Assembly: GCF_006345805.1 (NCBI RefSeq)
Contig: NC_043001.1
Coordinates: 85,126,001 to 85,190,000, forward strand
Direction: 5' to 3'
Source of the DNA: Octopus sinensis
Taxonomy: Eukaryota
Length of the DNA: 64,000 bases
Made by a program: the position numbers and the translations under genes. Positions 39,824 to 54,254 of this stretch are shown piece by piece (within the stretch, counting starts at the first letter, position 1; every line of letters begins with the position of its first letter). Below the pieces are notes generated by a model. That model did not search any database and was not told where the DNA came from. It worked only from the letters and a program-made list of their open reading frames with translations.

Positions 39824-42800
39824 CATATATATATATATATATAATATATACATATATATATATACAACTATATTTCGTTTTTGTATGTGATTTGCAAGAT
39901 TCCTTATGTGGATTCCTGTTTTGAAGCATATTTTATGTGTCCCGGGAGAGTCATTCTCTTGTTTAGTGCCTTATTAATTTAATGCACTCACCGGTCTGAT
40001 TTCCAGTCATTTATTTATTACTTTGTTTACTAAAATTTACGTTGCGAGTTGCAGCTTTCTGAATAGTCGTTGATTCTGTCGGTTATCGGAATTGCGTCTT
40101 TCTTTGTACGCCTGCGTGTGAGTCAGTGTGCATGCGCATACACATATGTATGTATGTATTTATGTATGAATGTGTATGCATTATGTATGTGTATATGCAT
40201 ATATATATGTATGCATGTGTGCACATTTGTATGTATGTACGCTGCATGTATGTGTTCATGTATGTGTGTATGCACATATATATACGTATATATGTGTGCA
40301 AGTTTGTATGTATGTACTTATTCTGTATATCCATCCGATTGTGTGTTCATGTTTGTGTGTTTGTGTGTGTATTTCTGTGTTTGTATTCATGTGTGTGTTT
40401 GTATGTGCGTGTATGTGTGTGTATGTGTGTGTGCCTTTGCATTTGTGCGTGTACCTCTGTCTCCTTCTGTTAGATTGTGTTTGTGTATGGGTTTATATAT
40501 ATATATATATGTACATATACGCACAAACATGCCTACATAACGGCCTACTAACATCACTGCCAGTGTACATATAAACTGTGGGTATTGGGGTATGACGCCT
40601 TCTATGTTTATTTCCTATTTAATACTGGAAATATTTCATTAATGAGGACGTAATCTTGTACTTGCCTGAGTTTTGGGTCATTCGAGTGCTTGGATAAAAT
40701 GCGGATGTGAAGTTGACACAGTGTGCCTCCACAAGGCATTTGAAGCACCGGTGCTAAGTAGAAGACAGCCAAGGACCATGCAGTACTACTAAACACAGGA
40801 CCATATGATGGGTGGGAAGCAAACTCTATTCCTTGATACTTTTGTTTCAGTCATAGGATTACACTCGCAATATGGACATTACTTTGAAGGGTCTCTTCCC
40901 TTATGGAAATATTATTACATTTCATGATTCTATCATTTATTTTTTTTTTTTGCCCATCACTGAATTGCGTCTTTCTCATCTGAAGATTCTAGTTACTATG
41001 GCGCTTTCTTCTCGTTATACCGAGTACTTTATAAGTGGACGTAAACGTTAAGTCGTTGAATATCTGACTCTAGATTTTTTCTTGAAGAACATCTTAACAA
41101 ATCTTATCATTATAGCAATGACTGATTCTTATATAACACAGTAGTCGTACAGCCCAAGGCCAGCCATGATGGAGTCGATCTATGACCAGAAACATTGTTT
41201 GTATAACACTGAATAGATTGATCTATGAATCCATATTTAAGACGGTGCAGTAATATAGCAGATCAAGAGATTGCATTGATTTCGTTGTACTCTGAGACAA
41301 GTTAGCAGTACTAGCCTCTGTCTTCTAATTCTCTACTTGACTTCATGGCTGTTCCCTATTTCATTAAGCAACATTTCATGAAGTAACACTAAGCACAGAG
41401 CGAGGATATACTTTTTTGACAATTTATAATTTTGTCCTTCTTCGTCCTAAGTTCAAATTTCGGTGTGATCTTTACATTTTCTCTTCGGAAATGAAATAAA
41501 TAAACAACTAAAATAAATAAATGATAATAAACTTCCGAACATATATACTCCTAGTGAACTTAGTAATCGACTAGATCTTAGAAGAAATAGAAAAAAAATA
41601 AGCGCGTATTTAAAAAAAAATATTAACATTCGAGAAATCAATATTTAAGTGAGTGGAAACATTTGAAATCTGTAAGAAGAATCTAGAAGAAAGAACCGTT
41701 AAGTCGTTTACTGTATTTTATATAGTTGTTTATTTTTTATCGAACGTCACATCAAACGATGAAGTTATCACTCAAAAGAAGAAAAAGAAACTGAGGACGA
41801 AAAGAAGAAGATAGGTTGGAAAGATTACAAGTAGATCTTAAGATCATCTATTTATTAACAGTTTCTGAATTTTCATTTCACTAAAAAATAACTGAAAAAA
41901 AGAATAATAAAAATATTGTAAACAAAGGTTTTAGGATAATTTTACCTGAAATAACACAATTATTATAGAACAAGAAAAGTGATTGATATGGGAGGATATA
42001 ACTATTACTGATATAAATGATGATATAACTTTTTTCATATTAAGTAGTGAGAAGAGTAAGAACATGACATGCAGCCGTTGCAGGTCGTAGCTAGATAATA
42101 CTGATGTGATCTATTCCAAACGTGAACAAATGCTCGTCAATGTTTGCAAGATATAAAAAAATAAATAAATATAATTGTGAATAAATTTTGCAATAAACAG
42201 TAAAAGTGAACGAGAGAACCTCTAAGTGGACATTCTTACTTAGAAATAGTGCTCAAACCTTGACCGTCTAAGAAAAGCTGCGTGAGATAATATGACTCCG
42301 GGTTCTATGAGCGTAATATTATAAGAAGGTCACGGCTAAAATGATTTCGTTACAGAACTGCTTGACCAAGCTATACCTGTGGGTACAAACGATGACACGG
42401 GTAAATTGTGATGAAGACAGGTAACTTCTATTTTCCCTGCAGAACTGCAACTCTATCACTTTGGTATGTCAATAATACATTTAAATAATCAATATGTTTC
42501 TTTAATAACTCTATTAAAACATCACCAGATGTTATATTTTTCCGTTGTTTGCGAAGAAAATATAAAATATAATACTAAATAAATCAATGTTTTATTATTT
42601 AAAATATGACAATAGCATCCACTCGCGAAATAAATAATAGTTAGGATGTCATTACAATAATAAATTAAAACTTCTTTTAATGTAAATAATAGAGCACAAT
42701 ATAAGCATGAATTTCTGATAGAGAAAAATAATAAAAGGCTTGTTAAATGGATTCAGATCACATATTATTACCTTGAGGATGATCACGTTACTGGTTCTTC

Positions 42801-43459
42801 TAAAGATATATGTGCTTTAAGGCATTATCGATAAAATCATGTGTAATCTATATGTAGTTCGAATTTCGTATGTGAGCTGGTATTTTTCTGTTTCAAATTA
42901 CCACATATATTGGCATCCTTTTGTCTCGGGAGACAATGGAGTTGCGCATAAAATAGTCTAGTCCGGCTTTTACATTTCAAATCCTAATACATTTCCTGCT
43001 GTGGCTGTGTAGTCCACATATAAGGTTAAAGCAATTATTGTTTTCGTGATGATAACAAGTAGAATAATCTTTTGTTGGAAACATTGCTCTGTTCATTGTC
43101 AATGATAATTAATATTTTAAGTAATATAAATAATATATATATATTTTTTATTTGCTACGTGACCCATGTAAACCAAAATAACATTTTTTGTTTGTTGAAA
43201 AACAATTCAATGAAAATATAAAATACACAACTTTTTAGACACGTAAAATCGAGAAAACCGACACACATGCGAAATCCGGCCTTTACCTTTACAAATTCTA
43301 TACACACATTTCTATCGTAAATGCTAAGTGTACATGCATATTTGATAATTGCCTTATCTTGTCAGATGATAGCTGTCTCACATTCACCTTGATTGTTTAA
43401 TGAAATGCAAAACCAATCGAGAAATGAAATAATAACGAGACGTTAATACGCCATTGGAT

Positions 43460-43874
43460 TTACTCTTTTACTTGTTTCAGTCATTTGACTGCGGCCATGC
43501 TGGAGCACCGCCTTTAGTCGAGCAAATCGGCCCCAGGACTTATTGTTTGGAAGCCTAGTACTTATCCTATCGGTCTCTTTTGCCGAACCGCTAAGTTACG
43601 GGGACGTAAACACACCAGCATCTATTGTCAAGCGATGTTGGGGGGGGGCAAGCACAAACACAAACACACAAACACACACACATATATACATTATATACAT
43701 ATACATATATATGACGGGCTTCTTTCAGTTTCCGTCTACTAAATCCACTCGCAAGGCTTTGGTCGGCCCGAAGCTATAGTAGAAGGCACATCCCGAAAGT
43801 GCCACGCAGTGGGACTGAACCCGGAACCAAGTGGTTGATAAGCAAGCTACTTACCACACAGCCACTCCTGCGCC
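43460..43874 (-). mobile_element. SINE family B, full length
   Basis: Reverse copy of 26135-26543. Confidence 0.9.
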
Positions 43875-44802
43875 TATATTTAAGTGACAAAGCTTGTACA
43901 ACACTGTCATATTCTTGATCCTCACGATGCGTCGCAGTATCAAGCATTGGAAGATGATTGGTTCTATCTTTTTCTGAATGTTCACGTGAGAATATTTCTC
44001 CCCTTGAAGAATTGCCCACCCCTATGGTTTTTGGAAAATAACGGGAGCCTTCTCTAAACCTAAGAAATTTTTTTAACCCATAGATAGAACCCCGACAGGT
44101 ACTACAGTTTCGTGTCAGAACAAACCTGGGGGTAAAGGTATTTTGGGGACGCCTCATTTCCTACAACTCCGCAAATATTGAACGGTAGACACATCAACGA
44201 ATGCAGTTTAATACCGTATCCAGGACATACATACATGCATAATACATACTTGCATACACATATACATATATACATACATACATACATGCATACATACATA
44301 CGTACACACACACATATATGCATATATGCATGCATACATACATACATACAAGTATAATACATGAATACGTGTATATATTTTGTGTTTGTTGGGGGGGGCA
44401 TATTTTGAATTATAATGTGCTTATAATATAGCGACAGTATCACTCTATTACATGAATTAACAAGGAAAGTGTTTCAACTCAAGATAGACTACTTTAAATA
44501 AAGTTATACGAGCTTAAAGTGAATATTTCGGCACTAAAATATCATTTTCAAAGTTGAAAGCATTAAAAATCTATATGTATAAATATTTACGTACTTACAT
44601 ATGTGTATGTACGTGTGTAACGTGTGAAAGTAGGCATGTATGCATACATATACACAGATAGATACACAGACGCATTGATTACTTTTTCTGTCACTACAAT
44701 ATATTTATAAATACATACACACATGAATGCATACTCGCGCGCGCACACACAAGTATTATATGCATGTGTGTGTGTGTGTACATATACAGTATATACAATA
44801 TT

Positions 44803-44850
<48 letters not shown>

Positions 44851-44932
44851 TACATATGATATATACGTATGTATCTATGTATATATACATACGCGTATAT
44901 ATGTGTATATATGTATGTATGTATGTATATAT

Positions 44933-45009
<77 letters not shown>

Positions 45010-48000
45010 AGGTTATATGTAAGTATGTGAATATACTACATATTGCGTCAGAAATTCCTAGCAGAAGAAAGTTAAACGAAGCTAATTTACCAAAGGAATG
45101 TGCATTGAAACGATTTCAATCCCGCCTGAAGACACTAACAAGTGTACCACAATTAGATAACACTGAGCATGTGGGGCACATTTAATTTTAACCCTATAGA
45201 GCCCTGTTCTCGGTATACTCTAAATAGGCTAACTGTAATCTCTACGGGATCCCCATGAAGCGGTAATGAACATCAGACCTAGAAAAAGATGGTGAGACAC
45301 AAAAAAAGAGACTAGTCACGTGTAGTCAAGTGTGTTTGTGACTCCACGTTAACGGTGTTCCCCATAGCTGTTGTTTACCTTTGTTATTAATCGAAGAAAA
45401 CCCAGGAATTTTGGCAATAATACGGGCGTGTAACGAAACCAGGACTTTGTCTGGTAAACGAACAAGGTCTAGACTCCTTACAATTATTGATGATATCTTG
45501 TCTTTGGACGAAAAATTTACGTTTGCTCGGACAGTGTGAAAGATGCAGGCAATCAAGCTAGTGAAAAAAAAAGATGAGGAAATTAGCGATTCGAGCGATT
45601 GTTATTAATCTGAATTCTTTTGTGATTCTGCCATTTAGTTTGACTGCAATCGTTACGTTTGTGCTGCTCGTGCAACTATTTATATTTTTGCTCGTGATCA
45701 CATGTGGAAGGTAAAGATAGTCTTAGGGGACCCGGTCTGAAAGTGCTTCAGAAAATCACGTACAAATCTTTCTAACGGTTCTACAAAACCAATTCAGTTT
45801 ATGCTGTTGAAGCAATGCTCTGTGTTCTACACAGCATTATGCTAAATCGTGCATTTTTGAAAGTTATCCAACATACATCGATAAAAGATAGTTCATTTAT
45901 TTCTCAAAGTATAAATTTGACACACGACAGAATATTTCATTTAAGAGAAGACTTGTGGTATATCTTTTATCTGTTATTCATTTCAGTCAACAGACTGCGA
46001 CAACACTGGGTTACCACCTTCAATGAACTGAATCCAGCATTTACTTCTCAGTCTGATCATATTTGCCGAACCGCTAAATTATAGGAAGGTAAAACATCTA
46101 ACACTGGTTGTGAATCGGTGCTAAAGGACAAACGCGACCGGGCGCATACACACATACATATACATACACACACAAATACATACACATTTATATAAATTCA
46201 TACACACACACATACACAAGCGCGCGCGCACACACACACACATAAACACAAACAGACATACGTATATTTATCTCGAATCAAAAACGCGATTTTAAATGCG
46301 AATTTTGCTAGAAATTGAAAGGTTAGGCATAATACAGAGGGCAAGTATGGGCATTGAAAATTTTGATTAAATTTCATCCAATATAATAGAGACAACACAA
46401 TATGTTTCAATAAAATCAGTGATTCTCTTGTTAACAGTGTGAAGTAAGAAGACAAAATATGATACAATAAGCCAACTATTGTATATGATTGACTTGAAAA
46501 TTGTTCGAAAAGTAGGCAATCAATACGTGACTGAAAAACTTTTGTTTTAATTAAAAGTTTATTCTAAGTTGTTTACGAGAAATATATTACTGTGTATATA
46601 CAAAAACGTTTATCACGAATGTGCTTAAGGACCCAGTTTGAAGAATCTACTAAGACTTACAAGCGCTTTGAATAACATTTCCTATTAGATTTATAAACAG
46701 CCGTCTTTGTCGTTATATATTGAATGTTTGTCTAGAAAAAATACTCCCGTGAGGTCCTTGCAACTAAATTTATTCATTCCTTTGTGTGTGGAAATTACAT
46801 TTAAAATTCTTGTTGAATAACACGGAAAAAACATAAAAGGCGTCTAGATTTATTAGATAAGTGAAATTGTTTGTGCTATAAAAAGGTATCTCGTCGTTGG
46901 TGAATTATTATGTAAGATATTTACACAAATATCCATTTTTCATCACCCAGTAGAATGATTTCGATAATCTAATTCATATAAATGCAAAAATATATTATTT
47001 TGCTAAGGGAAAACTTAGAATATTTGCAGAGCTTGGTGTGATCAAGTAAAACATAATGACTATACCAGTGTTGCAGAAAATTATCAGTACTATATTAGTA
47101 GCTATATGACACGTAAGCAATCTTGAAATTCAGTATAAAAGAGACGAAAATAGATATTGCATGAAATTTGGTTTGACATTCTGCTAATTTTCAAATCTTT
47201 TATGAAGATTACTAAGTTTCATAATTTCTTTCATTCTTAGATGATGCCGTTAATGTCCTTGCTTGCCCCGGATTAAATCTGATTAATCAGAAATATTACT
47301 AAATAGTTCTAATGTTCAACGAACTGTCTCTGCTTCAAAGATTATTTCTCCTTTTAATGGCATCACTGCTATGTAAGGGAAATGTGGTTGCTATTCTCGA
47401 CAAATAAGCAGTCCACAAAACGTTTCTTCGCTGGTTTGTAATATTAGATTACTTTTTATGTTCGCCGGGATAGCAAAGACACAATACGAACTTTCATTTT
47501 GCTTCATAGATGAAATCTCACAAGAAATAAGTAGATAATATGCCTTTGAGCTTCATATTCATTAGTATAGATATGACAACCTTTGTTGCATTTAACGCTG
47601 TATATTTATAATAGATTGCTTTTTAAGTGATCATCTACGAAATGCAATCGGAAATGGAGATGAGTATTACACACTCACACAGACACACACTCACACATAC
47701 ACAGATGCACCCACACACACACACGCATATGTGTCGTCCGTACGTGTGTGCGTTGGATCTGTGTTGAGTGGTATATACAGCATGACATAACCAATTGTTA
47801 GAATGCCATGTTTACAATTATAGAGTGAAATTTCTATTCGACAAAAGAAATATAATCATTACTACCAATATCTTATTGCAGTTATAAATCGATATTTTTA
47901 ACATAGCACAGAAATAGTAATTAAGAATAAAGATAAAGCTTAAGATTTATTCAATACATTCTTACACGCGTTTCATGAATGAAATTCTTTTGCTTAAGAA

Positions 48001-48819
48001 ATCATTACACGAGCAGTTTACATCATCAAATTATCAGAGATAGCGTAACAAAAAAAATGAAACCTTAGGTAATTATAGCAGTCTCAAATTAGCCTGACAG
48101 AAACATGGTTTCCATAGAACCACTTAGGCACATCTGTTTGTGCGTTGCTTATCTTTTTGAGATACAGGCCATTACACTGAGCGAAACAGAGGTAAATCAA
48201 TTTCTCTTTACTCGCTTAGGAAAATATTATTTATGCAAAAAATTGCGTTCTTTTGAATACAACTTTTGACGTCACCGTTTCGGACTCTACTGCTTAGCTT
48301 CAAAGATATAACCATCAAGGCAACTCAGGAAAATCCAATTTGTTATGTAGACTGATGATAGTTATGTCTGTATGTTAGTGTCAATATTACTATTGTTGTT
48401 GTCGCCATCGTTGTTGTTCTGGTTGTTGTTGTTGTCCCCGAGCAATTTCTCAGTTTCACACAAAATAATAATTTTCCTTGTGTTTATACAAGGAAAACGA
48501 TTTTCATTTTCAAAACGTCTGTATTCTTTACTAAACATATGTGTTAATGTTATTCTGTTTTGTTATAGCAGATTGATGTCCATTTCCTTTTTTTGCTCTG
48601 CTAAGTATCGCTTCAGTGATATACTGAATTTACGAATCAAATCAAACCAAATCAAAGTTCAAAATGTCAATAAAACCCATATTTTGACTAACATATAGGA
48701 AAGATATTTAAAAAAGGAAAAAAAAAACATCATTCATTTTCGCTTGAGCAAATATATACATATAACATACAGGAAAATCTGTGGGAAGCTAAAAGAGAAA
48801 TCCAATAATAATAACAATA

Positions 48820-48973
48820 ATAACACTTTCAAATGTTGCCCCGAAGGCAGCAGTTTGGGATGAGTCGATTACAACAACTAGTACTTATTTTATCGACCCC
48901 GAAAGGAGGAAAGACAAAGTCGACCACAGCAGAATTTGAACTCAGAACGTAGCGACAGAATGCCGCGAAACAT
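48820..48973 (-). mobile_element. SINE family A, truncated at the Dong LINE 5' junction
   Basis: Family A core on the minus strand preceded by an (AAT)n tail. Confidence 0.75.
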
Positions 48974-50543
48974 TAGATGTCAAAATAGTAATAAAGGAAC
49001 TTGAGCAGGAACAAACCTATAAATACCTAGGAATAAATGAAGGCTCTGGTATCCAGCATGCAAGCATGAAAGAGAAGGTTAGGAAGGAATGTTATAGAAG
49101 AGTCCGAGCAGTCCTGAAATCTGAGCTGAATGCATATAATAAGGTTTTAGCCATAAATTCCTTAGCAGTACCAGTTATTCTCTATAGCTTCAATGTGCTT
49201 AACTGGAATACTAGTGAAATGATGAAAATTGACAGGAAAATCCGCAAGCTACTGACTTGTAATAAGATGCACCATCCAAAGGCAGACGTGGATCGCCTTT
49301 ACCTTCTCAGAGGTCAGGGAGGTCGAGGTTTGATCCAGCTTGAGCTTACATACAAAACCACCACACTCGGACTGGCCAAATACCTTGAAGCAACCAACGA
49401 GTGGATGCTAAAACATGAAAGACCTAAAAAACTTCACTCTATTCTCAAAGAGAGCAAAAAATTCGCTGCTGATCTCTTAGATACCCACCAGATTGAGCAG
49501 GCTGAAGGAAATGCGCCAACTGCAGCTGCAAAGAAAATAAAATTAATTGCAAAGACAAGAGCACATGAAAATTTAGCTAGCAGATGGGAACAGAAACCTC
49601 TCCATGGCAAGTATGTGGCCCGTAGCAAACAAGCTGGTGTCGACCAGAAACACACGCACCAATGGTTACGAAGTTCAAGGCTAAAAGCAGAGAGTGAAGG
49701 TTTCATATTAGCTGCTCAATACCAAAGCTTATTTACCCGGAACTACCAAGCCAATGTGATGAAAAATGGAGCTGACCCAAAATGCCGATTCTGTAACGAT
49801 GAGATTGAAACAATAGACGACCTAATCTCAGGGTGTAGAGACTTAGCACCTGCAGAATATAAAGCAAGACGTGACAGAGTCGGCCAGTATTTACACTGGA
49901 CAATATGTCGGCATTATAAAATCAAAACCGCTGACAAATGGTATAAACATCATCCTGAAGCTGTGACTGAGGGAGAAAATGTGTCGATTCTATGGGACTT
50001 CCCCGTGCAGACCGACAGGACTATAAAAGCCAATAAACCGGATATCATTATAAAAGATCAGATAAAAAGGATGTGTTTATTAATTGACATGAGTATTCCC
50101 TGTGATCACAATATAGCGGCGAAAGAATTTGACAAGATTAGTAAATAAAAAGACCTGCTAATGGAAATTGAAAAAATGTGGCATCTCAAGGCGACTACAG
50201 TACCAGTGATTGTACGATCTCTATGAATGATAAAAAAAAGGTACTGAAACCTATTTGAAAATGATTCCAGGCTTACCATCCCTACAGGAAGTACAAAAAA
50301 TCGTATTAACTGGAACGGCTCATGTACCGAGAAGAGCACTATCGCTGTGAAAATAACATCCATCCATGAATTTATTTATTTATTAATTTTTAAATACATA
50401 TTTTATCTGTGAATTTGCGCGTGTAACCTGGGAATGCATACAATGCACTTCTCTGCCCTAGGTGTATGGAAAACACTCGGCGAGAAACGGAAGAAAAATT
50501 GAAGAAAGAAGGAAAAACCAATAATAATAATAATAATAATAAT
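48974..50543 (+). mobile_element. R4/Dong-type (RLE) non-LTR retrotransposon, 5'-truncated, inactive
   Basis: YKYLG, RLYL..GGRGL, zinc knuckle CRFC..ETID(D)LISGC with His replaced, RLE KPD...IDMSIP.D; premature TAA at 50146 where KY is expected; (TAA)n tail 50520-50543. Confidence 0.88.
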
Positions 50544-50544
50544 T

Positions 50545-50708
50545 TCTACAATGTGTACTAGGCCTAAAATTTTGGGGGAGGGGACCAGTCGATTGCATCG
50601 AACTCAGTTCACAACTGGTACTTAATTTATCGACCCCGAAATGATGAAAAGCAAATTTGACCTCGGAGGAATTTCAACTCAGAACGCAACGATTCTGCCA
50701 GATTGCTG
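50545..50708 (-). mobile_element. SINE family A abutting the Dong (TAA)n tail
   Basis: Family A core with an internal deletion. Confidence 0.75.
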
Positions 50709-51202
50709 TCTTTTGAGTATTTTCTCCGATAGTAATAGCTAAAAAGCTAGTACTTACAAAAGAAACAAGAGAAAGGACTCTTAACCAACAGTGTGCATAA
50801 TATTAAAAGGTTCTGAAGAGCGGTCATTCACTATTGACACATCTTTGAAATGTTGGGACCTAACCTCTGCAAACGGATGTGAAACCGCTTGCTCTCAGAA
50901 CTGCAGGCCAATAACGCTGATCACCAAATCCTATTTTTTACCGAAATCTTATAATTTGCATTTATCAGGATTCTGGGTTACAAATTACCTATAATATCCC
51001 CCTTTGTCGGCGCGCTTTCTCAGCAGCGTTAACATGCCCTGGTTTATAGAGCTGACTGTATATTCTTTGCATAAGTAATCATGACTGTTGTGTTGCTATT
51101 GTTTGAAATAGCATGTGTTTCTTTAATCTAAACTTATTTATTATTAAACTGGAATATTTCTAATACGATGATGGTCATGCTGGGTAATTTAAATCCTGTA
51201 AA

Positions 51203-51438
51203 TGGCGGCAAGCTGGCAGAAACGTTAGCACGCCGGGCGAAATGTGGAGCCGTATTTCGTCTGCCGTTACGTTTTGAGTTCAAATTCCACCGAGGTCGAC
51301 TTTGCCTTTCATCCTTTCGGGGTCGATTAAATAAGTACCAGTTACGCACTGGGGTCGATATAATCAACTTATTCCGTTTGTCTGTCCTTGTTTATCCTCT
51401 CTTGGTTTAGCCCCTTGTGGGTAGTAAAGAAATAGGTC
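51203..51438 (+). mobile_element. Young SINE family A with 16-bp target site duplication
   Basis: ATTTAAATCCTGTAAA at 51187-51202 and 51439-51454. Confidence 0.92.
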
Positions 51439-51519
51439 ATTTAAATCCTGTAAAGCAGAATCTCACTGGACTTCATACAAATAGTTGTCCTTATCATAAA
51501 ATACCAAAACGGGTGTAGT

Positions 51520-51945
51520 TCATCAAAACCAATATTAAAAGAATCAGTTTGAATAGTTCCGAGACTGGGCAAAATGCTGAGCGGCACTTCGTCCGTCTCT
51601 ACGTTTTCAGTTCTAACGCCGTCAAGGTCGACTTTGAACATTTGGGTCGATTTTGTCGACTGAACCTTCCATTAAATATTGTTGGCCTTGTGGCAGAATT
51701 CTAAACTAATATTTTAAGAATCAGTTTGAATAGTTAGCACGCTGGGAAAGTGCTTAGCAGCATTTCATCCACCACTGCGTTTTGAGTTCAAATATCACCG
51801 AGGTCGACTTTGCCTTTTATTATTTCTAGGTCGATAAAATAAGCACTAGTCATGTTTTGGTGTCGATGTAATCGATTTACCTCTCCTCCGACATTTCTTG
51901 CATTGAGCTAAATTTTAAAACCAATATTATAAGAATCAGTTCGCT
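51520..51945 (+). repeat. Tandem array of 5'-truncated family A units sharing a linker
   Basis: AAAC(C/T)AATATT..AAGAATCAGTT recurs at about 51524, 51704 and 51916. Confidence 0.7.
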
Positions 51946-52314
51946 ACTCTAAAAATTTCGTTCCGGATTTGTAGTTGTATTTATAAACTAGTGCCAGAAT
52001 CAAATCTAGTTCTTCAATATCATTATTATAAGAATGGATTCCCGATGCAAAAAATTTAGTTCCACCAGATTCTTTTAATTACAAAACTGGTATCACTCGA
52101 TACATTGGACGATACTGCATTTCATACAGCTATAATGCTATCGTTTTCATCACTTCCGTTTAAGTCTTCTGAGTTATCACAAATATTTATGCATGTGGAT
52201 GTTGATAGAGATCACAGAGGAAGATGTTGCTGTTCTTAGCTTTACAAATACGCAAGACGTTTGGCCAAGAATTCGCATTACTAAGGGATTGGAATACATA
52301 CAAAGATATATGGA

Positions 52315-52538
52315 TATTTTATCTTTTATCCTTTACTTGTTTCAGTAATCTGACTGCGACCATTTTGGGACACAATCTGAAAGGGTTTTAGTCGAACAAA
52401 TCGACTCCAGGATCTATATTTTTTAAAGCCCGATAATTATTCTCTCAGAATCTTTTGGTAAACTGTAAGTTTCGTGGACGTGACACACCAACACAATTTG
52501 TCATGCAGTGGTAAATGACAAACACAAAGACACACAAA

Positions 52539-52589
<51 letters not shown>

Positions 52590-52742
52590 GGCGGTCTTCC
52601 TTCAGTTTCCGTCGACTAAATCCACAAGGATTTCGTTGGCTTCAGGCTATAGTAGAAGACATTTTCCCAATGTGCAACACAGTGGGACTGAACTCAGAAC
52701 CATTAAGCTGGAAGACAAACTTCTTACCACACACACGCCTAT
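52315..52742 (-). mobile_element. SINE family B, diverged
   Basis: Tail, internal (TA)n and head all recognisable, about 0.7 kb upstream of the S-crystallin TATA. Confidence 0.8.
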
Positions 52743-53316
52743 GAAAGAACGATTGTAGTACTATCGTCAGAATTGTCTGGTTTCTGCATATCTTTGCTTA
52801 AAACATGTCATATCCAATTCCATTATGAGCAATGCAGCAAACATGCGTTTCGAGAATTCTTAGACAGGATTCCTTAAATGATACGCTTTAAGAAAAAAAA
52901 ATTACTGTTTCTAATGCTGACGCACGAATAATTTGTCGAGGAATTTCTGTAAAATATTAAACAAATACAAGGACAATACTCGTGGGAGATAATAAAATAA
53001 AATCAAGAGGGAAATGTATTTATCTTAATTTTAATTGTGAGATGTAATCGATCGTCAAATAGAGTTTACTTTGAAGATGAAATGGCCGTCACTGTGAGAA
53101 AGTCATGTCATGTATTTATATTTTATTTTATCTATTCTCCTTCCTGTCTTTATCTTACATTTTTTTCAAACAGTTGTTTCAACAATTTTACTGTAATGGT
53201 TGTTAAATCGAGTTGTGCACTTGTTGCAAGGAAAAGAAAGACAAATTACTTGTGAATTCACTCTCAAAAATGTGCATGTCTTCTGTTTAGAAGCTTAAAT
53301 GACAGTAATAGACAGT

Positions 53317-53326
53317 GCGCAGTCAC
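53317..53326 (-). promoter_or_regulatory. ARE-like motif (GTGACTGCGC)
   Basis: The minus strand matches RTGACnnnGC about 110 nt upstream of the TATA box. Short motif, could be chance. Confidence 0.3.
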
Positions 53327-53437
53327 CTATTTTGGGAGAACATCACGTAATTAACAAGTCGCTATGACTTTTCTCTTAGTCCTTCAGTAATTAGTTTGGC
53401 ATTATTCATTATCTGAGATAAATACATATCAGTTGAC

Positions 53438-53444
53438 TATAAAA
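53438..53444 (+). promoter_or_regulatory. Putative TATA box of the S-crystallin gene
   Basis: TATAAAA 126 nt upstream of the ATG, overlapped by TGACT, followed by a C/A-rich putative 5' UTR. Confidence 0.55.
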
Positions 53445-53563
53445 TAGAGTCTAGCAGATGGAATCGGCCTCAAACACTTGCTGCACAACATACTTGCAAC
53501 AACTAACCGAACACTTCTGATCAATTGCAACGTTGATAACAACACCAACAGCCAAAATCAACC

Positions 53564-53696
53564 ATGCCTTCCTACACTCTGCATTACTTCAACCACCGTG
53601 GCCGTGCTGAGATCTGCCGTATGCTTTTTGCAGCTGCTGGTGTCCAGTACAACGATCGTAGAATCGAATTTTCAGAATGGGACAGCATGAGAAGCA
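53564..53696 (+). CDS. S-crystallin (sigma-class GST family) coding exon 1
   Basis: Manual translation [44 protein letters not shown] plus 1 nt matches the cephalopod S-crystallin N-terminus. GT donor gtatgt at 53697, phase 1. Not in the ORF track in this frame. Confidence 0.97.
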
Positions 53697-54197
53697 GTAT
53701 GTATTCGTATTTGATAGATTGCATTTTAAATGAATGATATAGAATAGGAATTGTGAAACGAAATGTAAAAATAAGTTGTCAAACAGAACGATTTTTTAAT
53801 TTAATTAGTCTGTCAGTTTTATTGTGAAATTGACCTTGGTTTATGCTTTTTATATAATTCTCCATTGCTCTAAAAACTAGTTAAATTATTTTTTTTCTTC
53901 TGAAAGTGTAGATAATCAACTAAATACCCATGTTGATAATAAATATGAGCATAAATTATTTTGTCATCCAACATACGAATTTTTTTATTTATTTATTAAT
54001 TGCTTTCATTTGTTGTATGTTTTTACTTAAGTTGCTTATTTGCCCCCCACCAAAAAAAAAAAAAACACATGGACGTCACGACGGATCATATTCCTTGTAA
54101 CTCCGAAATATTTAAGCTGCAAAGTGTTACGTGTCTCCCTCTTTCCCATACTTCCTATCTCTCTCCATCATCTATACATGAGTGTGTATGTGTGTGT

Positions 54198-54254
<57 letters not shown>

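Noticed and set aside
40055-40105. CUGAAUA...GAAUUGCGUC hammerhead-like layout
   Set aside because: Too many core mismatches to support.
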